This document shows positions 1-13,043 of a stretch of 64,000 nt of DNA, piece after piece. Position 1 is the stretch's first letter; each line of letters starts with the position of its first letter. The position numbers were made by a program, and so were the translations under genes. The stretch is taken from NCBI RefSeq assembly GCF_963921235.1, contig NC_086097.1, positions 91,762,001 through 91,826,000 on the forward strand, given 5' to 3'. This DNA comes from Mobula hypostoma (taxonomy: Eukaryota). Below the pieces are notes generated by a model that worked only from the letters and a program-made list of their open reading frames with translations, searched no databases and was not told where the DNA came from.

Positions 1-240
1 CCTCAGGAAGGCTTAATCTTACATCCGCAACAGTAACTGAAAGCCCAGGCGCACTGAATACTGTCAGGGTGCATGGTGACATACCTGTCCCATTTTGTTC
101 AAAGCATGCACAGAATGTGTTAAACACATCACAAAGGGGTTTGTTGTCAGTGATGCTGCCTGACTTAGTTTTGTAACCCTTTATGTATTTTGCCAAAGCT
201 GATGGCTGGACTGAGACAGTCTCTTAGCATCTCTGATAGC
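1..240 (-). mobile_element. Rex1/Babar-like LINE fragment (EN-RT linker), degenerate
   Basis: Minus strand reads ...GGTTACAAAACTAAGTCAGGCAGCATC...AACACATTCTGTGCATGCTTTGAACAAA, similar to the 'ELNAFYARFE' segment of the Rex1 copies at ~34700 and ~48310. Confidence 0.55.
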
Positions 241-294
241 TGGTTGGACAATCTGGGATTGCTTCTGCTGGGGCATCAGCAGCTGAGTGGCAAT

Positions 295-500
295 CTGATA
301 AAAGTACATAAAATTATGAGGGGTCTAGATATGTAAATTGAGTCTTTTTTAGTGCTTGGTACGTGCTGATAGGGGAAGTGGTAGAAGCAGAGGTGGCAAC
401 AACTTTTAAGTGGCATTAAGACAGAATCATGAACACGCAGGGAATAGATCACATGCAGTCAGATGTGTAGTTTAAATTGGTATCATGGTTGGCACAGCCA
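295..500 (+). mobile_element. CR1-like LINE 3' fragment, degenerate
   Basis: TGATAAAAGTACATAAAATTATGAGGGGTCTAGAT (LIEVYKIMRGLD-like) followed by a CR1-type 3' end similar to other copies in the window. Confidence 0.55.
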
Positions 501-1759
501 TGATGCCAATTTAAACAGCACATTTGCCTGCACATGATTCTGCTTCTTTGGCTTTACTAAGTTTTGTGGTCTAGATGCTATATGAATCACTGACCACTTC
601 CATTTTTTTTTAAATTTCCCAGCTTCCACTGAACTTTGCCACATGCTTCGAGCGCAATGCCTGCAGAACAAGGCAAAAAACAAAAAATATATATTTTAAT
701 TAGCTAACAGATTAAATCAGAGAGGGAGAAGACTTTTTCTACAGAATACATCAAAGGACGGTTCTTAAAGCATCTTTGTACCAATCTTTTTGCATATTGA
801 CAGACTCTGAATTTTTTAATGGTCCTTCAGCCTTTTTCGGCTCAGGCACTTTTAGTTTTGCAACTACAATTCATATTGCACTTTCTGTACCATCATTAGC
901 CATTATTGTTCAACACTTTTAACCAACCACAGCAGAACACAGTGAGCAGAGGTCAAATTCCAAGCTGCAGTGACGTGCATAAACAGGAGCTATGTACCAT
1001 CAGGCAGTCAGCTAGCTGGTGCAGTGTGGAACGATGCAACAAACCTATTAGTCTGGCTTGACCGTGTGCAGACTGCAGCAGGATGTGTTGTAAGATTAAT
1101 CATGACAAACCTGCCTTCTAATTAAAATATCCTTCACTACCAAAGTGAAAATTACCAGAGTGAAAACAAGCAAACAAGCTTGTGGAGAAAAGCTTTTTTT
1201 AAAATATGTTGTACGAAGAGTTCCCTACAGCAACACAGAATTCAATTCAGAATCATATACTGCTGTATTGCTTTAAAATTATTAACATAAAATTGTTTGT
1301 CAATACGAGGTTTTTTTCCTGTCCTGATGCAGTTTCATAAGGAATTAATCCTCATTAATTTGTGGCAGTGTTTTCAAAGTTTTATTTAGTTTTACTGGAT
1401 TTTATCAAACTCAATGTGCAATACAAAGTGTACAGGAAAATGAAAGCAATTAATCATGTTTAACATTAATTAAATAGCTCTCACTGTTAAAACCAGAATA
1501 ACACTTTTGTTTCCTACTCCCAAAAATCTGCTTTATCCAATACTGAAGACAATTTGGTTCAGAGACAAATTCAGTTTGCTGCAGTGTTTCTATTTTCACC
1601 TTAAATAAATCTCTTACAACCAATTTTTATCTTTTCTGTACAGTGAACAATTGAATTTTACAACAAACATGATGACCTTCAGGGACTTCAGCAGATAGAA
1701 AGAATCATGAAAAAAATCAGACTTAGTGAGGTGCTCCCAACCATTGTTGGGTCCCCCTG

Positions 1760-2036
1760 ACACAGAGGAAGACAACATGCCAACCACTCATAAACAATGA
1801 CAAATATTTTATATCCAGCTTGACTTTGGTTGTTTTAAGACCTGTGAAATCATTTCACTGCTCCTGGGTTGTAAAAAATCATTCACTGCTTCATTTGGTA
1901 GTGAAAATAATCATTATGTAAGTTTTTAAATTACCTGTGTGGTTTAAAGAATCGAGGGGTGGCACTGTATGCCACGTGCCAATGAAGTTTTTACCTGTAC
2001 CATCTCGGGCATATGTGCCATAGGTTTGTCACCCCA
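1760..2036 (+). mobile_element. hAT/Charlie-like element right-end fragment
   Basis: Ends in TGTGCCATAGGTTTGTCACCCC, resembling a Charlie-type TIR. No matching left end seen. Confidence 0.35.
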
Positions 2037-2128
2037 GCTGTAAGAGATTTGAAGAGTTAAGGTCAAGCCTGCAAATCTATTTCTGGACATAATTTGTTTT
2101 ACAGAGTAATTTTGTAAGTAGGTTTATA

Positions 2129-3769
2129 CAGGTGTCCCCCGCTTTCCGAACGTTCGCTTTACGAAACCTCACTGTTACGAAAGATCTACATTAGTACTCT
2201 GTTTTTGCTTTCAGAAGGTGTTTTCACTGTTACGAAGAAAGGCAGCGCATGATAAAAAATCAGCGCGCAAAAAAATCAGCGCGCGATAAAAGGCAGCGCA
2301 CGCCCCGAGCAGCCGCTCTCCCCCGGATTCGGAACGGTATTGCTTAAACACAAGCCTGTGAGCAGCCGTTTGCAAGATGAGTTCTAAGGTGTCAGAAAAG
2401 CCTAAAAGAGCTCGTAAGGGTGTTACACTTAGCGTAAAACTAGACATAATTAAGTATTTCGATCATGGTGAACGAAGCAAGGACAAAGTGAGTTTGGCTT
2501 GTGGAAGCTGACGAAGATGATGTTGAAGAGGTTTTGGCATCCCACGACCAAGAACTGATAGATGAAGAGCTGATGCAATTGGAAGAGGAAAGGATAACAA
2601 TCGACACCGAATGCAGTAGCGAAAGTGAAGTCGTCCAGGAACTGAATGTGAAGCAACTGTGAGAGATTTTCGCTGCAATGATAAAGTACAACTTTAATTT
2701 TGAAAGGATATGTAGGTTTAGGGGATATTTGCAGGATATTTTGAGTCCTTACAAAGAACTGTGTGATAGAAAAATGCTCAAGGCTCAGCAGTCAAGCAAG
2801 CCTTCCACATCAGCCACAGCAGACGACGAACCTCGACCTTCGACATCGAGGCAGGCAGTCATAGGAGAAGATGAGCTGCCTGCCCTGATCAACGATGAGA
2901 TGACACCCCCGTGTCCCACCACCCCAACACCCGGGCCCCAGACAGATACTGTACCGATTCGCGGAGAATGCAGCGGTAGCTGGGAGACACACAGCACATC
3001 ATTAAGAAAAAAGCCGAAATAAACATGCTAATTAATTAGGTGCTGCCCAGCACATAATTGTCGGCCCAGATCAGTGCCGGTGCAATCGGCAATCGCCTCT
3101 GATCTGCGCCGACATTTATGTGCTGGACAGCACCTAATTAATCAGCATGTTTATTTCGGCTTTTTTCTTAAAGATGTGCTGTGTGCCTCCCGGCTACCCC
3201 TGCATGCTTCGCGGCAATGTATCAGTCGGCGGCCTGGAGGGTGGGGGCCACTGCTCCACCCCAACCTGCAACGACTCAGTCTAACACACCATCATTAGTG
3301 TGCTCGATGTCTTCCCAATTCCCGTAAGTGATACTACACTGTACATACATTATTTCTACTTTATATAGGCTGTGTATTTTTACGTGTTATTTGGTAGATT
3401 TGGCAGCTTCATAGTTTAAAGGTTACTGAAGAGCGCGTTTATGCCAACAGCGCTTGCGTGAGACTTTCTGCCAAGAGCGCTTGCATGAGATTTTCGCTAC
3501 GGAGATCTATGCAGGCAATTGTTGCAGAGGAGTATTTCTACTTTATATAGGCTGTGTATTTATATATCATTCCTGCTTTTACTATATGTTACTGTTATTT
3601 TAGGTTTTATGTGTTATTTGGCATGATTTGGTAGGTTATTTTTGGGTCTGTGAACGCTCACAAAATTTTCCCATATAAATAAATGGTAATTGCTTCTTCG
3701 CTTTACGACATTTCAGCTTATGAACCGTTTCATAGGAACGCACTACCTTCGGATGGCGGGGGAAACCTG
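2129..3769 (+). mobile_element. pogo/Tigger-like non-autonomous DNA transposon (internally deleted)
   Basis: TA flanks at 2127-2128 and 3770-3771. Imperfect ~24-bp TIRs CAGGTGTCCCCCGCTTTCCGAACG / CCTTCGGATGGCGGGGGAAACCTG. ATG at 2377 gives MSSKVSEKPKRARKGVTLSVKLDIIKYFDHGE (CENP-B/psq-like HTH), joined out of frame to a Tigger-like acidic tail VEADEDDVEEVLASHDQELIDEELMQLEEE. No DDE domain. Confidence 0.9.
2968..3205. repeat. Long inverted repeat (~106-bp arms, ~24-nt spacer) inside the Tigger-like element
   Basis: 2969-3074 (TGCAGCGGTAGCTGGGAGACACACAGCACATC...GGCCCAGATCAG) is the near-perfect reverse complement of 3099-3204 (CTGATCTGCGCCGAC...GTGCCTCCCGGCTACCCCTGCA). Confidence 0.9.
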
Positions 3770-6179
3770 TATATAGCTATTGACACAGGTAACAACCTGT
3801 GCTACAAGTCTGTAGAATCCTCTTATCCCAGTAAAATAACCCAGGGCACTTTCTAACAAAGTTAAGGACAACTTAACACCATGCCACAAAAAGCATTACA
3901 AAGCAGACGACTAAAGGCTTGGAGGCTTAAGGAGCACCTTAGAGGAGGAACAACATACAGAGGATTTAGGGTGGGGAATTCAGAAGAAAGGATATTGCTG
4001 ATTGGCTATCAACAGTAGAGCAACTGTTCAGGAAGAATACTTCACTTTTATAGTTTGATACCTTAGGAAGCTTAAGGAATAGGCTTGAAGTGCACATTCA
4101 GATGAGCTGGAACAGATTTTGAAATTGTTTCTTTAAATTCATGCTAAACCAGAAATAAATTTACTTCATTGAATCCCCAAATTTTAATACATATTTAATA
4201 CATATTACAAGTTTTTTGTGGTTTTTCCTGTACATATTTAATGATAACATTTTATTAGGTAAGTTATGGCAATGAAAAAAATCATGTCAAATATGTACAT
4301 TATATGCATTTACCAAGGTATGACTTATTTTAACCCTAGTTACATGTCGTTTGGTCGTGCAGTAAGGACTATTGTAACCTGTGGCAAGAGTGATCAACAT
4401 TTGTTGACATCTATAAACACTGCTACATTTGTATTTAGAGGATCACCTGATTTGATACGATCATACATAATCTCCTGCATTTCCTGATATCCCTGTCAAT
4501 ACATAATATTTATCACAGGACCCCTGGTAACTAAATACAAATATGACAAGACTACAAAATACAAGCTTCAATGCTTTGGAATCAAAAGTTCCTAGTAATC
4601 CAGACTCCAACGAGTGGTCCACTTCTGCTGGTTTGGTAACCCAGTTACAGGGTACGTAACATATGATAATCCACAAACCTCTTCTAAAAAGGGGTGCATG
4701 TTGGGGTGCACTGTACCTTGCTGTTAAGTATTCAGCTCCAATTTGACTGCTAGTTGGTAAACTGGCTAGCACAAACAGAATCTCCTAATCCATGTACAAG
4801 GGAAGGGGAGGGAGCACAACCGATTCTCAGCTTTCTTGACATAGCCCTTTCAACGTTCAGCTTTCCTGCACAAGCCAAATGTTAAAAGGCATCACTTCTC
4901 ATATAAATGTCATTTCCACTTAAATACTATCTTTATTAACCAAACAATTTGGATGCTCAACTCAAATCAAAATGGGACAACGTTGTTTTATACCTCGGAA
5001 CTGGGTGATGCAAACTAGTCCTCTGTACAACTCCAAGCAGATGTGCAGTCTGAGCAAATATTGTTCATCTCATTGATGAAATAATTCCTGTGTTGAAATT
5101 CTCAGCCATGATACCAATGACCGGGCAGTCTCAAAATGTGACCAATAATCAATATATGTTCCTTTCTGCCCATGCTTTTGATTTCCTGATCTGCAGACGT
5201 GTTGAGCCATTATACAATCATTGATCATATTACTGCATTAAAGCTGATCAAATACTGTACTAGGCTACATTACAACAGCTTTGGATTATGTGTGATAATA
5301 AATTACTTAAACATTTTTATTGCAATGCTTGGAAATTAACCAAAGAATGTTAATGCTTCCAAGAGCATCCAGCATGAGAAGACACACTCAAGTAAAATAA
5401 GCCAAATCTGTCACATGCTGTCATCCTCTTAAGATCTACAAAAATGCAAGATGACTATTTTTGCTTGGAACATAGATCAAATTCCTTAGGCTTATATCTC
5501 ACTCTAGAAGGCTACACAACATTAACACAAAAGCAAATACTGCAGATGCTAAGATTGTAAAATAGTCATTAATAGTCAGGCTCAGTTTCCCAGTTGATGG
5601 AACATGTAATGCTGTCTACATCAGCTGTACTTTTCTGTCATAGTTTTGTGGGAAATTGCATTCTGTTAAATCAGCCATCCAGCCTTTACACATGCCTAAT
5701 CTGGATTACAGATGGTTGTGAATTTTTCCACATTTACAATCACAACCTGGTCCTACACTCATCTGTGAACTCTCCCACTCACTTTCATCAACCAACATTA
5801 CTGTATACCTTGCATCTTGACTACGACCACCAACTTGTTGCTACTTTTAATTTTATCCTCTCTAGTCCCCAGGACTTTCGCAATATGTTTACTCTTGCTC
5901 TTACGCACAAATAACTGAATAATATCCATTGCAAGGCCCTAAATACATTGACTGGATTTCCTCCCACTTTTCATACCACCTTTAGAACCAATGTTCCCAA
6001 TTTCTCTCAAGGCACCCAACCTTGCACATCGTGGCTGTTATCTGTTCTTCAACCCAGAACCAAGGCAGGAATCCCATCGCCGTCACTTTCTATCTTAGTA
6101 ACCTTCATACTCAATGGACCATTCTCTGCAATTTTTGATATCTCATTCCAACCTGATATGTAAACTCCAATGCTCTTGA

Positions 6180-6670
6180 ATGGAAAATTGTTCAAATAGT
6201 AGTGGATACGGCCCAGTCCAACACGAGGAAAGTCCTCCCTACCACTGAGCACATCTGCATGGAATGCTGTCACAGGAAAGCAGCATCCATCATCAAAGAC
6301 TCCCATTACCAAGGCCATGCTCTCTTCTTGCTGCTGCCACCAGGAAGAAGGTATAGAAGCCTCAGGAAGCTCACCACTAGGTTCAAGAATAGTTATTACC
6401 CTTCAACCATCAGGCTCTTGAACCAGTGGGGATAACTCCACTTGCCCCATCACTGAACTGCTCACACAACCTATTGATTCACTTTCAAGGAATCTTCATT
6501 TCATGTTCTTTATATTTATTATTTATTACTATTATTTCTTCTTTCTTGTATTTCCATAGTTTGTTGTCTTCTGCTCATTGATTGTTTGTCTGTCCTATTG
6601 GGTATTGTCTTTCATTGATCCTATTATGCTTCTTGGATTTACCAAGCACGCCCTCAAAAAAAAGAATCTT
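6180..6670 (+). mobile_element. Rex1/Babar-like LINE 3' fragment
   Basis: ORF 6202-6435: RKAASIIKDSHYQGHALFLLLPPGRRYRSLR...RFKNSYYPSTIRLLN (Rex1 C-terminal motif), followed by a T-rich 3' UTR. Confidence 0.85.
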
Positions 6671-6711
6671 CACTTCTGCTCTCACATCTTCTCCTCCATT
6701 CAGAACAAGGA

Positions 6712-9700
6712 TTGGCCCCATTCTTGCCCCCATGTTTTGAAAGAGATAGCTGAAGAGATTGTGGAGGCTCTAGTAGTGACCTTTCAAGAATCACTAGATT
6801 CTGGAATGGTTACAGAGGACTAGAAAATTGGAAGTGTCACTCCATTCTTTACAAAGGAAGGGAGGCAAAAGACATGTAAAATGGTATGTATTCTAAGGGA
6901 CCAGATATATAGTATTTAGCTGGACAAGGACTGATTAGCCAGCATGGCTTTGTGCATGGTAAATCATATCTAACCAATCTTGATAGAGTTTGTCAAGGAA
7001 GTTACCAAGAAAGTTGAAGAATACAAGACAGTGGATGTTGTCTATGTGACTCTTTGTCTACAAAGCCTTTGACAAGGTCCTGCATGGAAGGTTGGTCAAG
7101 GAGGTTCAGTCACATGGAATTCAAGATGAGGTAGTAAATTGGATGAGGTATTAGTTTTTCAGAAGAAGCCAGGGGGTGGTTGAAGATGGTTGCCTCTGAC
7201 TGGAGGCCTGTGACTAGTGGTGCTCCACAAGGATCAGTGCTGGCTCGATATTGTTGTTAATTTGCGAATGAGACCAAGATTGGGGGTGTAGTGGACAGTG
7301 AGGAAAACTATCAAAGCTTGCAGCGGGATCTGAACCAGCTGGTGAAATGGACAGAAATGACAGATGGAATTTAATGCAGATAAGTGTGAGGTGTTGCACT
7401 TTGGGAGGACCAACCAGGTTAAGTCTTAAACGGTGAGTGATAGGGATCTGTGGAATGTGGTAGAACAGTGGGGTCTGCAAATGCAGACCCATAATTTCTT
7501 GAAAGTTGCATCACAGGTAGATAGGGTCATAAAGAAAGTTTTTGATACATTGGCCTTCATAAATTAATGTAATGTGTACAAGAGTTGGGATGTTATGTTG
7601 AAATTATATGAGGTTAGTGAGGCCTAATTTGGAATATTGTGTTCAGTTTTGGTCACCTACCTATAGGAAAGATGCAACTAGGATTGAAAGAGTGCAGGAA
7701 AAATTTACAAGGATATTGCCAGGACTTAAGGACTCGAGATATAGGGAAAGGTTAAATACGTTAGGATTTCATTCCCTAGAACATAGAAGATTGAGGGGAG
7801 ATTTGATAGAGGTGTACAAAATTATGAGGGATATAAATAGGGTAAATGTATTAGGCTATTTCCACTAAGGTTGGGTCAGACTACAACTAGAGGTCACGGG
7901 TTAAGGTTGAAAGGTGAAATATTTAAGGGGAAGTTCTTCACTCAGAGGATGGTGAGAGTGTTAAATGAGCTGCTAGTACAAATGGTGGATGCAGGGTCGA
8001 TTTCAACATTTAAGTTACATGGATGGGAGAGGTATGGACGACTATAATCCAGGTGCAGGTCGATGGGACTGGGCAGATTAATGGTTTAGCATGGACTAGA
8101 TGGGCTGATGGGCTAGCTTACATGCTGCAGTGTTCCATGACTCTGCAAGAAATTATAGGCTTGGATTTTCAGGAGGTCTTTCACAAGGTGCCGCACCCGA
8201 GGCTGCTAAATAAGGTAAAGTCAAATGGTATTACAGGAAATATACTAACATGGACAGAAGGCCAGCTGACTGGCAAAAGGCAAATAATGGGAATAAAGGG
8301 AGCCTTCTCTGATTGGCTGCTGGTGACTAGTGGCGGTGTGCAGGGTTTGGTGCTGGGACCTCCTCTTTTCATGTTTTATGTTAATAATCCCGATGACGGA
8401 ATTGGTGGCTTTGTTGGCAAGTATGCGGATGATATGAAGATTAAATGGAAGAGCAGGTAGTGTTGAGAAAGCAGGAGGTCTGCAGGAAAACTCAGTCAGG
8501 AAAGAGGAGGAGGACCTAAGGAGAACAATGGCGCCTAACGGTGACTCCTCTGCTTGCATCTTCAGAAACAGCTCTATTTCTATCTATAATATCTCTATTT
8601 TTTTGCCCTTTTATAGGTTCCTTTGAAGACCCTGACCTGGAGATATACACTGACTTCAATTCTTTGCGGAAATGGGACCCGCTCTCGGGGTCTCATGACT
8701 GGCTGCTATTTGATGTGTGAGGATGCAGCCTAGAAGACTAGCACGCTTTCAGGATTCCGGGATTTCATGCCCCTGTTGGCAGGTAGACTGGAAGTCGGTG
8801 CCGCCCACAGGAAATTGGTGTGGCGTGGGAGATGGCAGATCAAAAGCAGCAAGCTGGCCGTGTGTCCAGAGACCCGAATTCATTGGGTACAGAGCTCGGA
8901 AGAAGCAACGCAACAGACTTTTGACATCGTAAATCAGCGAGTTCTTTGGTTATGTCTCGCCTCTCATTGTGAAATGGGGACACCTCTTTTTCCCTTATTA
9001 GGAACAGAGAGAGCCTGTGGTACGTTGAATTATTGGGTGAACGAGTAGTCTATGGGGTACTGCAAGTCTGTGTCTTTATTGATGCTTTACTGCACGCTTG
9101 AGTGCTCGGTGGGGGAAGCAAATGCTATTTTGCTGGTGGGGGGATCAGTGCTCTGCTGCTGCTTATGTGTGGGAGAGGGCAGCTGGGGGGAATTTAGGGT
9201 TCTAACATTTAACTGTCATTCATTCTTTGAGGCACAGCTCTGTTTTTGTGGATGTTTGCAAAGAAAAATAATTTCAGGATGTATATTGTATATATTTTTC
9301 TGACACTAAATGTACCTTTGAAACCTTTGAGGTTGAGAGAAAGGGCACAGTGGGAGATGGAATGCAGTGTAGGGAAGTGTATGGTCATGCACTATGGTAG
9401 AAGGAATAAAGACTACACTACTTTCTAAGTGGGGAGCAAATTCAAAAATTAGAGGTGCAAAGGAACTTGGGTGCTCTAGTGCAGAATTCCCTAAAGTTGC
9501 CTTGCAGTTTGTGTCAGTAGTAAGAAAGGTAAATGCAGTGTTAGCATTCATTTCAAGAGCACTAGAATAGAAAAGCAAGATGTAATGATAAGACTTCATA
9601 AGACATTTGTCAGAAAGCATGTGGAGTATTATGCCCCTTATCTACGAAAGGTTGTGTTGGCATTGGAGAAGGTCCAGAGGAGATTTATGAGAAATGTCCC

Positions 9701-9930
9701 AGGAATGGAAGGGTTGATATATGAGAAGCATACGATGACTCTAGAGCTGTACCTGCTGGAGCTCAGAAGAACGGAAGGGATCTTATTGAAAGCTGCTAAC
9801 TATCAAAAGGCCTAAATACAGTGGACATACAGAGGATTTTTTCCAGTAGTGGGTTAGTCCAGGAGCAGAGGGCACAGTCTCACTACAAAATGACATGCCC
9901 TTTGAGTAGAGTAGAGGAGGAATTTCCAGA
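6712..9930 (+). mobile_element. Nested CR1-like (HER1-like) LINE fragments, RT region
   Basis: VLKEIAEEIVEAL..FQESLDSG; LVRPNLEYCVQFWSP; VTSGGVQGLVLGP..YADD. One CR1 copy (~6880-8143) interrupts another (6712-6880, 8143-8500, 9330-9930). Confidence 0.85.
8503..9330 (+). mobile_element. Non-coding SINE-like insert with LINE-type 3' tail, inside CR1
   Basis: Interrupts the CR1 RT between ...CTCAGTCAG and GGTTGAGAGAAAGGGCA. No TE ORF. Ends AATTTCAGGATGTATATTGTATAT...TAAATGTACCTTTGAAACCTTTGA. Confidence 0.6.
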
Positions 9931-10519
9931 TTCAACATTCAAGATTGCATAATGTCATTTGCTGTACACAAGTGTAAAGGAGAACGAAATAATTGTTACT
10001 GCACTTCGATGCAACACAGATAAAAACAAACAAAAAAGAACACAATAAATATAAATTCTTTTGATTCTGGTTAATTGGGTCATATCAGGACCAGTACAGT
10101 TTGGCCCAATTAAGTGGCCGACTCAATTAGCTGAAGTTTCATAGAAATAATTAAAAGGTATAAAAAAGACAAATTACTATTTAACTGAGTACGAAATTAT
10201 GTACTTAAATCAACTACAGACCAAATCAGAAAACTACCAATACCTTTATAGTACTATAAAACTGTGTAATAGTTTCTAATAGTCATCTGCTGTGTTCTTT
10301 TGATAGATTGTAAGTGAATAAAATCAGTGCAGGCACTAAGTGCAGATAATGGACCGCCTTCGTGCAATGCTTTAGAGAATTGCATTCTCCAAATCCTCAT
10401 CTCTGTTGTAACATCCAAGATGATTGCTAATACTTTCAAATTTCCTCGTAGTTCCTAACTTATTGAATTTGTTTTATTTTCATTCCTGGCTGTTTATATT
10501 ATTCCTATTTTTCAATACT

Positions 10520-10765
10520 GCATGGAGTAGGCTCTTCGGGCCCTTTGAACCACACCATCCCATCAACCCCCAACAAGCCCAATTTAACCCTAACCTAATC
10601 ACAGGACAATTTACAATGACCAATTCATCTATGCGGTATGTCTTTGGATGGTGGGAGGAAAGTGGAGCAGCTAGGGTAAAACCATGTGGACGCCAGAAAT
10701 GAACTCCCAAGTCTGATGCCCTGAGCTGTAATAGCATCGTGTTAGTCACTACACTAACGTAGCAA
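10520..10765 (-). mobile_element. HE1/V-SINE-like tRNA-derived SINE
   Basis: Reverse complement similar to 28683-28972 (TATTACAGCTCAGGGCATC...TTTCCTCCCACCATCCAAAGAC...TTGTAAATTGTCC). Confidence 0.75.
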
Positions 10766-11106
10766 CCAAGCTTGAATGCTTGAAACCGCAGTGAGCAAAA
10801 CAGTTCCAAATTGTCTTACCGCTTACTTCTCACCAATTGTCAGTGACAAAGACTGCCACTTTTTAAACACAAACACAGGCAACTGATGCTATTTGAAAAG
10901 TGATCATTCTAAGCACAGTGTAGTGTCGAACAGCCATGCAAGTGCACATGACTGACGCTAGTTAGAAACTGGCAACAGTTTCCTGTCCCAACTAAGCAGC
11001 AGTGTCCCAAGTAAATGAAGGGAAACATGACTATTTTCTTGTTTTTAGTTTTTCTTCTTTAAGGGGTGTCCCAAATAAACAGCTGCTCCAATTAACTGAT
11101 GGCCCA

Positions 11107-11397
11107 ACACCGTCGCCAGCAGTGCATTCCACGCACCCACCACTCTCCGTGTGAAAAACCTACCCCTGACATCCCCTTGGTACCTACTTCCAAACACCTT
11201 AAAACTATGGTACCTCGTGTTAGTTATTTCAGCCCTGGGGAAAAGCCTCTGGCTATCCACACAATCGATGTCTCTCATCATCTTGTACACCTCTATCGGG
11301 TCACCTCTCATCCTCCTCAGCTCCAAGGAGAAAACACCAAGTTCACTCAACCTATTCTCATAAGGCATGCTCTCCAATCCAGGCAACATCTTTGTAA
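11107..11397 (-). mobile_element. CR1-like LINE fragment
   Basis: ORF 11045-11389: MLPGLESMPYENRLSELGVFSLELRRMRGDPIEVYKMMR...FFTRRVVGAWNAL. Confidence 0.85.
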
Positions 11398-11793
11398 ATT
11401 AACAGGAATCTACTGTACATAAGATAGATTATATACAGTGCCTATAAAAAATATTTACTCTCCTTGGAAGTTATCACATTTTATTGTTTTACAACATTGA
11501 ATCACAGTGGATTTAATTTGGCTCTTTTTTGATACTGATCAACAGAAAAAGACTTTCATGTCAAGTGAAAACAGATCTCTACAAAGTGATCTAAAATAAT
11601 TACAAATATAAAACACAAACTAATTGATTGCGTAAGTATTCACCTCCTTAATATGACACATCAAATCATCAATGGTGCACCCAATTGATTTTAGAAGTCA
11701 CATAATTAGTTAAACAGAGATCACCTGTGTGCAGTCAAAGTGTTTCAATTGATTGAAGTAAAAATACACCTGTGTCTGGAAGGTCCAGCTGCT

Positions 11794-12981
11794 CCCTACT
11801 AAAGGAGTGTTGCAGGAGTGCTGGGAAAATGGGAGGTTTCAGAGGGATACCTTTAGTCAGGTAGGGAATGATATCGCGAAAGAATGTGGAGTGTTTGATC
11901 TGAGGATGAGTCCTTCAGTAGTTTATCCGGTTGTAGCTCCATGGAAGCTTGTATGGCCTGACATAGACTGGCATTTGTTAGAGGTAAAAAGGAAAGAAAG
12001 ATATAAAACAGATTTGGTAAATGCATTTAACTGTCATGTGATGGAAAAGTATAGTGATTATACTCACATTTATATGGATGGTGCGAAGGAACCTGAAACA
12101 GGAGTGACAGGGTTTGGGGTGGTAATACCAGCAAAAGAAATTGGAATCAGCAAAAGAACATCTAGTAAGTTAGGGGTGTTTACAGTGGAGATGCTGGCAG
12201 TGTTGGTTGCGTTGCAATGGGTGCAGAAAGCCAGACAAGCCAAAGCATTGATATGTTCAGATTCATCCTCAGTTCTAGCAAGTTTAAGGTCTTTTCACAC
12301 AAACAGTTGGCAAGATGTACTTTATGAAGTCCTTCAGTTAGTTACAAGAATTGCAAATCAGGGAGGTCAGGTAAAATTTCTATGGGTTCCAGCACATGTA
12401 GGGGTGAAGGGGAATGAGAGAGTGGATGAGTTGGCAAAGAGGGTGTTAAAGAAAGAAAATGTGGAAATGCACATTAGTATCAGTAAAGCAGAGGTTAAGT
12501 GTGTAATCTGGGAAAAAGTCAACCGAATGTGGCAAGAAAGATAGGACAGGGAGGGGAAAGGGAGGCATTTATATCAAATACAAAAGAGTGTTGCAGTTAC
12601 TAGGGTAGGTAATGGAAACAGAAGAGAGGAAATAGTGTGGACTAGGTTAAGGCTGGGGCATTGTTCATTAAACAAAACATTGAAAATGATAGGGAAACAC
12701 CAGACAGGATTGTGTGAGGAATGTCAGGAAGAGGAGTCAGTAGAACATGTAGTTCTGAGTTGCAGGAAGTATGGGATACAGAGAGAAATGATGAGAAATA
12801 AATTAAGGGAGTTGGGGATGCAGGAATTCACATTAAAAGGGTTGCTGGGCATGGGTGAGAGAGCACAAGTCCGGGTATTTTTAGCATTTTTAAGGGGTAC
12901 AGGGTTTTTTTTATAGAATATGACGAATAAACAGGAATAGGATACTAGGATGGTCAAAGATGGGAGGGTGAAGTGTAGGTT

Positions 12982-13043
<62 letters not shown>

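Larger units (their letters stand above)
10062..11415 (-). mobile_element. Tc1/pogo-type MITE-like element (interrupted by a SINE and a CR1 fragment)
   Basis: Left end GATTCTGGTTAATTGGG. Right end GGCCCAA|CR1|ATTAACAGGAATCTACTG followed by TA (11416-17). Minus-strand remnant ...EVSGKTIWNCFAHCGF resembles a pogo C-terminus. Confidence 0.7.

Noticed and set aside
590..690. Possible 66-nt minus-strand exon after TTTTTTGCCTTGTTCTGCAG
   Set aside because: Weak donor, contains an A9 run, peptide not recognised.
5700..6160. Ancient L2-like fragments (also ~45700-45810 and ~55210-55480)
   Set aside because: Only faint motif resemblance; too degenerate to support without a search.
11807..12544. 245-aa RNase H ORF as a host or domesticated gene
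   Set aside because: It lies inside a TSD-flanked, 5'-truncated LINE with a premature stop before the CCHC region.
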